Source: Mustelus asterias
Lineage: Eukaryota
NCBI RefSeq assembly: GCF_964213995.1
Contig: NC_135813.1
Location: 16,306,001-16,370,000, forward strand
Length of the DNA stretch: 64,000 bases
Direction: 5' to 3'
Shown one piece after another: positions 63,419 to 64,000 of this stretch (positions are counted from its first letter, which is position 1; the number at the start of each line of letters is the position of its first letter). The position numbers were made by a program, and so were the translations under genes. Below the pieces are notes generated by a model. That model made no database searches. It worked only from the letters and a program-made list of their open reading frames with translations, and was not told the origin of the DNA.

Positions 63419-64000
63419 GATATTTCAACTTGAAGAAGAGTAGCAAATCCTCCTGGTGCCTTGGCCAACATCCTTCACTCGACCAATGCCATGAAAAATT
63501 GGTAAAGTGTCATTCATCTCACTGCCTCTTGAGGGAGTTTCCTCTGTGCCAAATGGATTTTACATTCAGCCACACAACCATGATTATACCCCAGAGTCAT
63601 TATTAAAAATTCATTCACAGGATGCGATACTGAGCCACCTTTTTGAATTGCTCCGTCTGTGTGGTGAGCAGTTTGTTACAATTGAGAGACACATTGTGCC
63701 ATTTCAGAGGGCAATTAAGGGCCAACCACATGGCTGTGGATCTTGGAGTTACACAAAGGCTAGGCCAGGTAAGGGCAGCAATCTCTGCCCCAAAAGGACA
63801 GCAGTGAAACAGATGGGTTTTGTAACAATCCAGTGTTTACATGGTCACCATTACTGAGACCAGCCTTTTATTCCCAACTTAATTAACTGAATTTAAATTT
63901 CCCAAATGACATGGTAGGATTTAAACTCTTGCCTTAGCCCAGACACCTGGGCTTCTAATCCACTAACATAACCACAATATTACAGTGCCTCTGGTTTATT

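Overview
Eukaryotic genomic DNA, almost certainly from an elasmobranch (shark), judged from HE1-type V-SINEs and the CR1, Rex-Babar and Penelope repeat families. The window holds the 3' part of one + strand gene, a NOS1AP/CAPON-family PTB adaptor. Nine coding exons (4298-41404) splice in frame to 1803 nt, or 600 aa plus stop; the 5' exons lie upstream of the window. I found no canonical nNOS-binding PDZ-ligand last exon, and the gene ends instead in two C1orf226-like exons. Its first visible intron uses a GC donor that competes with an in-frame GT donor. The remaining sequence includes two large minisatellites (30-bp and 35-bp units), smaller tandem repeats, many SINEs, LINE fragments and MITEs, a 455-N gap, and a tRNA-Ser(TGA)-like insertion with a 6-bp TSD. 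Several short Penelope-like insertions, most with TSDs, carry minimal hammerhead ribozyme motifs. Repeat boundaries are approximate. Family and homology names come from recognition, not database searches.
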